64,000 nt of DNA, from positions 62,001 to 126,000 of the forward strand of contig JAQGDQ010000373.1 of NCBI GenBank assembly GCA_030141605.1, in the 5' to 3' direction. Both the position numbers and the translations under genes were made by a program. Below the pieces are notes generated by a model, which saw only the letters and a program-made list of their open reading frames with translations, was not told the origin of the DNA and searched no databases. Of this stretch, positions 62,151-64,000 are shown piece by piece (position 1 is the stretch's first letter; each line of letters starts with the position of its first letter). This stretch comes from Tubiluchus corallicola. Its lineage: Eukaryota > Animalia > Priapulida.

Positions 62151-63929
62151 CAAAGCAGTAACTGCAGGCGTGTAGAATGACGATAGCGACTGCTTTATGT
62201 CAGCTGACGAAGCCTTGCATGAACTAGATGTCGTATTTGAAATATTGTTCGCTATTTTGTCGACCAGTTGCGGCCGATAGTAAAAAAACGCCCTGGTGTT
62301 CGATAACGGCAGGTACGGTTCGACTTCGGTTTCGTCTTCGCTCTCGCTACTCTGGATCGGTGGCAGGGCAGAAGTGGCAAGGCTGGAGAAGGGTCGGGGT
62401 GGACTATCTGGAGGTTCTTTAAGCGATGGAGACAGCCGATCTTGAGCAGCTTCTGGCCTTCTCCGCCAGTGGATTTGACGGAAGCGATCTTTGGGCAGCG
62501 GACTAATTTCGGAAGATAAGGAAGCTATTTTCCTCAATTGTTTACCGTTCTCTTGTTTAATACTGTCACCGAAAGCACCCTCGCTACATTGGTACGTGTC
62601 ATTCAATACCGCAGAGTCGCTGACATGGCGTCTCCTCTTTTTTCTTACAAACGTTGTGTCGTCTTCGCTGGTGATCGGCGGAGATTCCGTGTTCCATCCA
62701 TCGGTAGCAGAAGGAACGGGCGAAAAGAGTTCTAGTAATTTATCTCTCGCCTTGTGGACGTCGCTATCGGTGAACATACCCAAACGTTTGCGACGAAATT
62801 CCGAAAGATTGCGCGCAATTTTGGCAGCTTCAGCGCCGTGCCAAGTTGCGTGTGTGTTTCGTGGAACACCGAGAACCGACATCTGGTCTTCGTTCGAATC
62901 GTGTTGCACATTAATGTAACTTTGCGAATGAGTTATAAAATCGGGCGAAGTCGCACGCGCACTTCTCACCGGGGTGCTACGGCCGGACTGTCCAAATATC
63001 TTGCCAAGCTTGGCTTCGAGCGCCCTTACCATCGAAACTTGTTTTCTCTCACCAGGCGACACAAGAAACTGTTCATCAGTTCTGAAATCCGTCACATTAG
63101 GACACTCTGACTGGGAGAGAGAACGTTGTCGTGTCAACGGAGATCGTCGGGGCGACTGCACAGGTGTTACAGGTACTGCGTCAGAAGTCGGAGAAAGCTG
63201 TGACGAGAAGTTAACAGGCGAAGTGCAGTAGGCGGGGGAAAGAGGTTCGGGGGGTGACGTAATTTCCTCGAGTGGGCGTGCTAAAGCTTGCACGGGGGCA
63301 ACATCCGTGCTTGTAGCCGCTGCCGTCACGTTGCCAGAACTGACGCTCCGAGGACGCAAGATGTGCATCAGTTCTTCGTTCAGATGTGCCGTTGTGCTCG
63401 GCAGACCATATGGCGCGTTCGCAAGCCTGGCTCGCTGTTCAAGCTGCTGCAGCGACATGTCGGAAGATACTGCCGCCAGGGCGGAATGCGAACGCAGCCT
63501 GCCCGAATCCGGCATCATTTGAGACTGTAGAGTCAACGGAGTCGGAGCCGTCTGGACCGGTGGAAGACGGGAACCCGATGGATAGGGATGTCCAGAATGG
63601 GCCATATGATATGGCACAGCAGGCGATTGAAAAAGACCAGGCACCATTTGTACAAAAGGCATAGGAAAGCCACCCCAGTAGTAGCAAGGGTAACTCAAAT
63701 AACGCATAGACTGCGGATCCCAAAAATATTGCTCTTGCATTGGCGGGTACGGAGCACCAACGGCCGGAGCCGGTTGAGGGAGCATGCTCACATTCGCGTG
63801 CGGTTCGCTCGTGGGCGGACCGGTATCTAGTTCATGCAAGTTTGGTGTTGCAACGTTGCTGCATTCCAGGGCTTTCCCGGTGCTGCCACCAAGGGACCGT
63901 TCCGTGCAGCTCTCTGGTTGCTTTTCGGG
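62151..63929 (-). CDS. Large phase 0/0 exon (593 codons) of a Pro/Ser-rich disordered protein, possibly a WNK-family kinase C-terminal region
   Basis: Long open frame; strong pyrimidine tract and cacag acceptor at 63930; ttg|gtacgt donor at 62150; family identity is a guess. Confidence 0.75.
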
Positions 63930-64000
63930 CTGTGAGAGATAGAAAGAAAGAAGCGCGTGAGAAAAAAGAAAAACAGAAGTCAGATAGTTTTAAGATGTTG

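Overview
AT-rich, intron-containing animal (probably invertebrate) genomic DNA; not prokaryotic, and no CRISPR or rRNA. Four host genes are present. (1) The 3' two-thirds of an ABCA-subfamily (ABCA3-like) transporter on +, with 15 phase-consistent exons at 612-31425. (2) CTNNBL1 on +, with two coding exons at 40129-43047. (3) BBS5 on -, with an intronless CDS at 47751-48779. (4) The last four exons of a large, mostly disordered protein on - (54626-63929), possibly a WNK-type kinase tail. Introns and intergenic DNA hold many non-autonomous DNA transposons (hAT with 8-bp TSDs, Tc1/pogo with TA, piggyBac-like with TTAA), LINE remnants and minisatellites. Two elements stand out. The first is a young Gmr1-like Gypsy LTR element (20021-26700; gag-PR-IN order, tRNA-Leu PBS, 5-bp TSD) that has lost RT and most of RNase H and carries an in-frame UAG and an integrase D-to-G change. 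The second is a set of Penelope-type terminal repeats carrying minimal hammerhead-ribozyme motifs inside ABCA introns. All coordinates and alignments were read by eye; no database searches were run.
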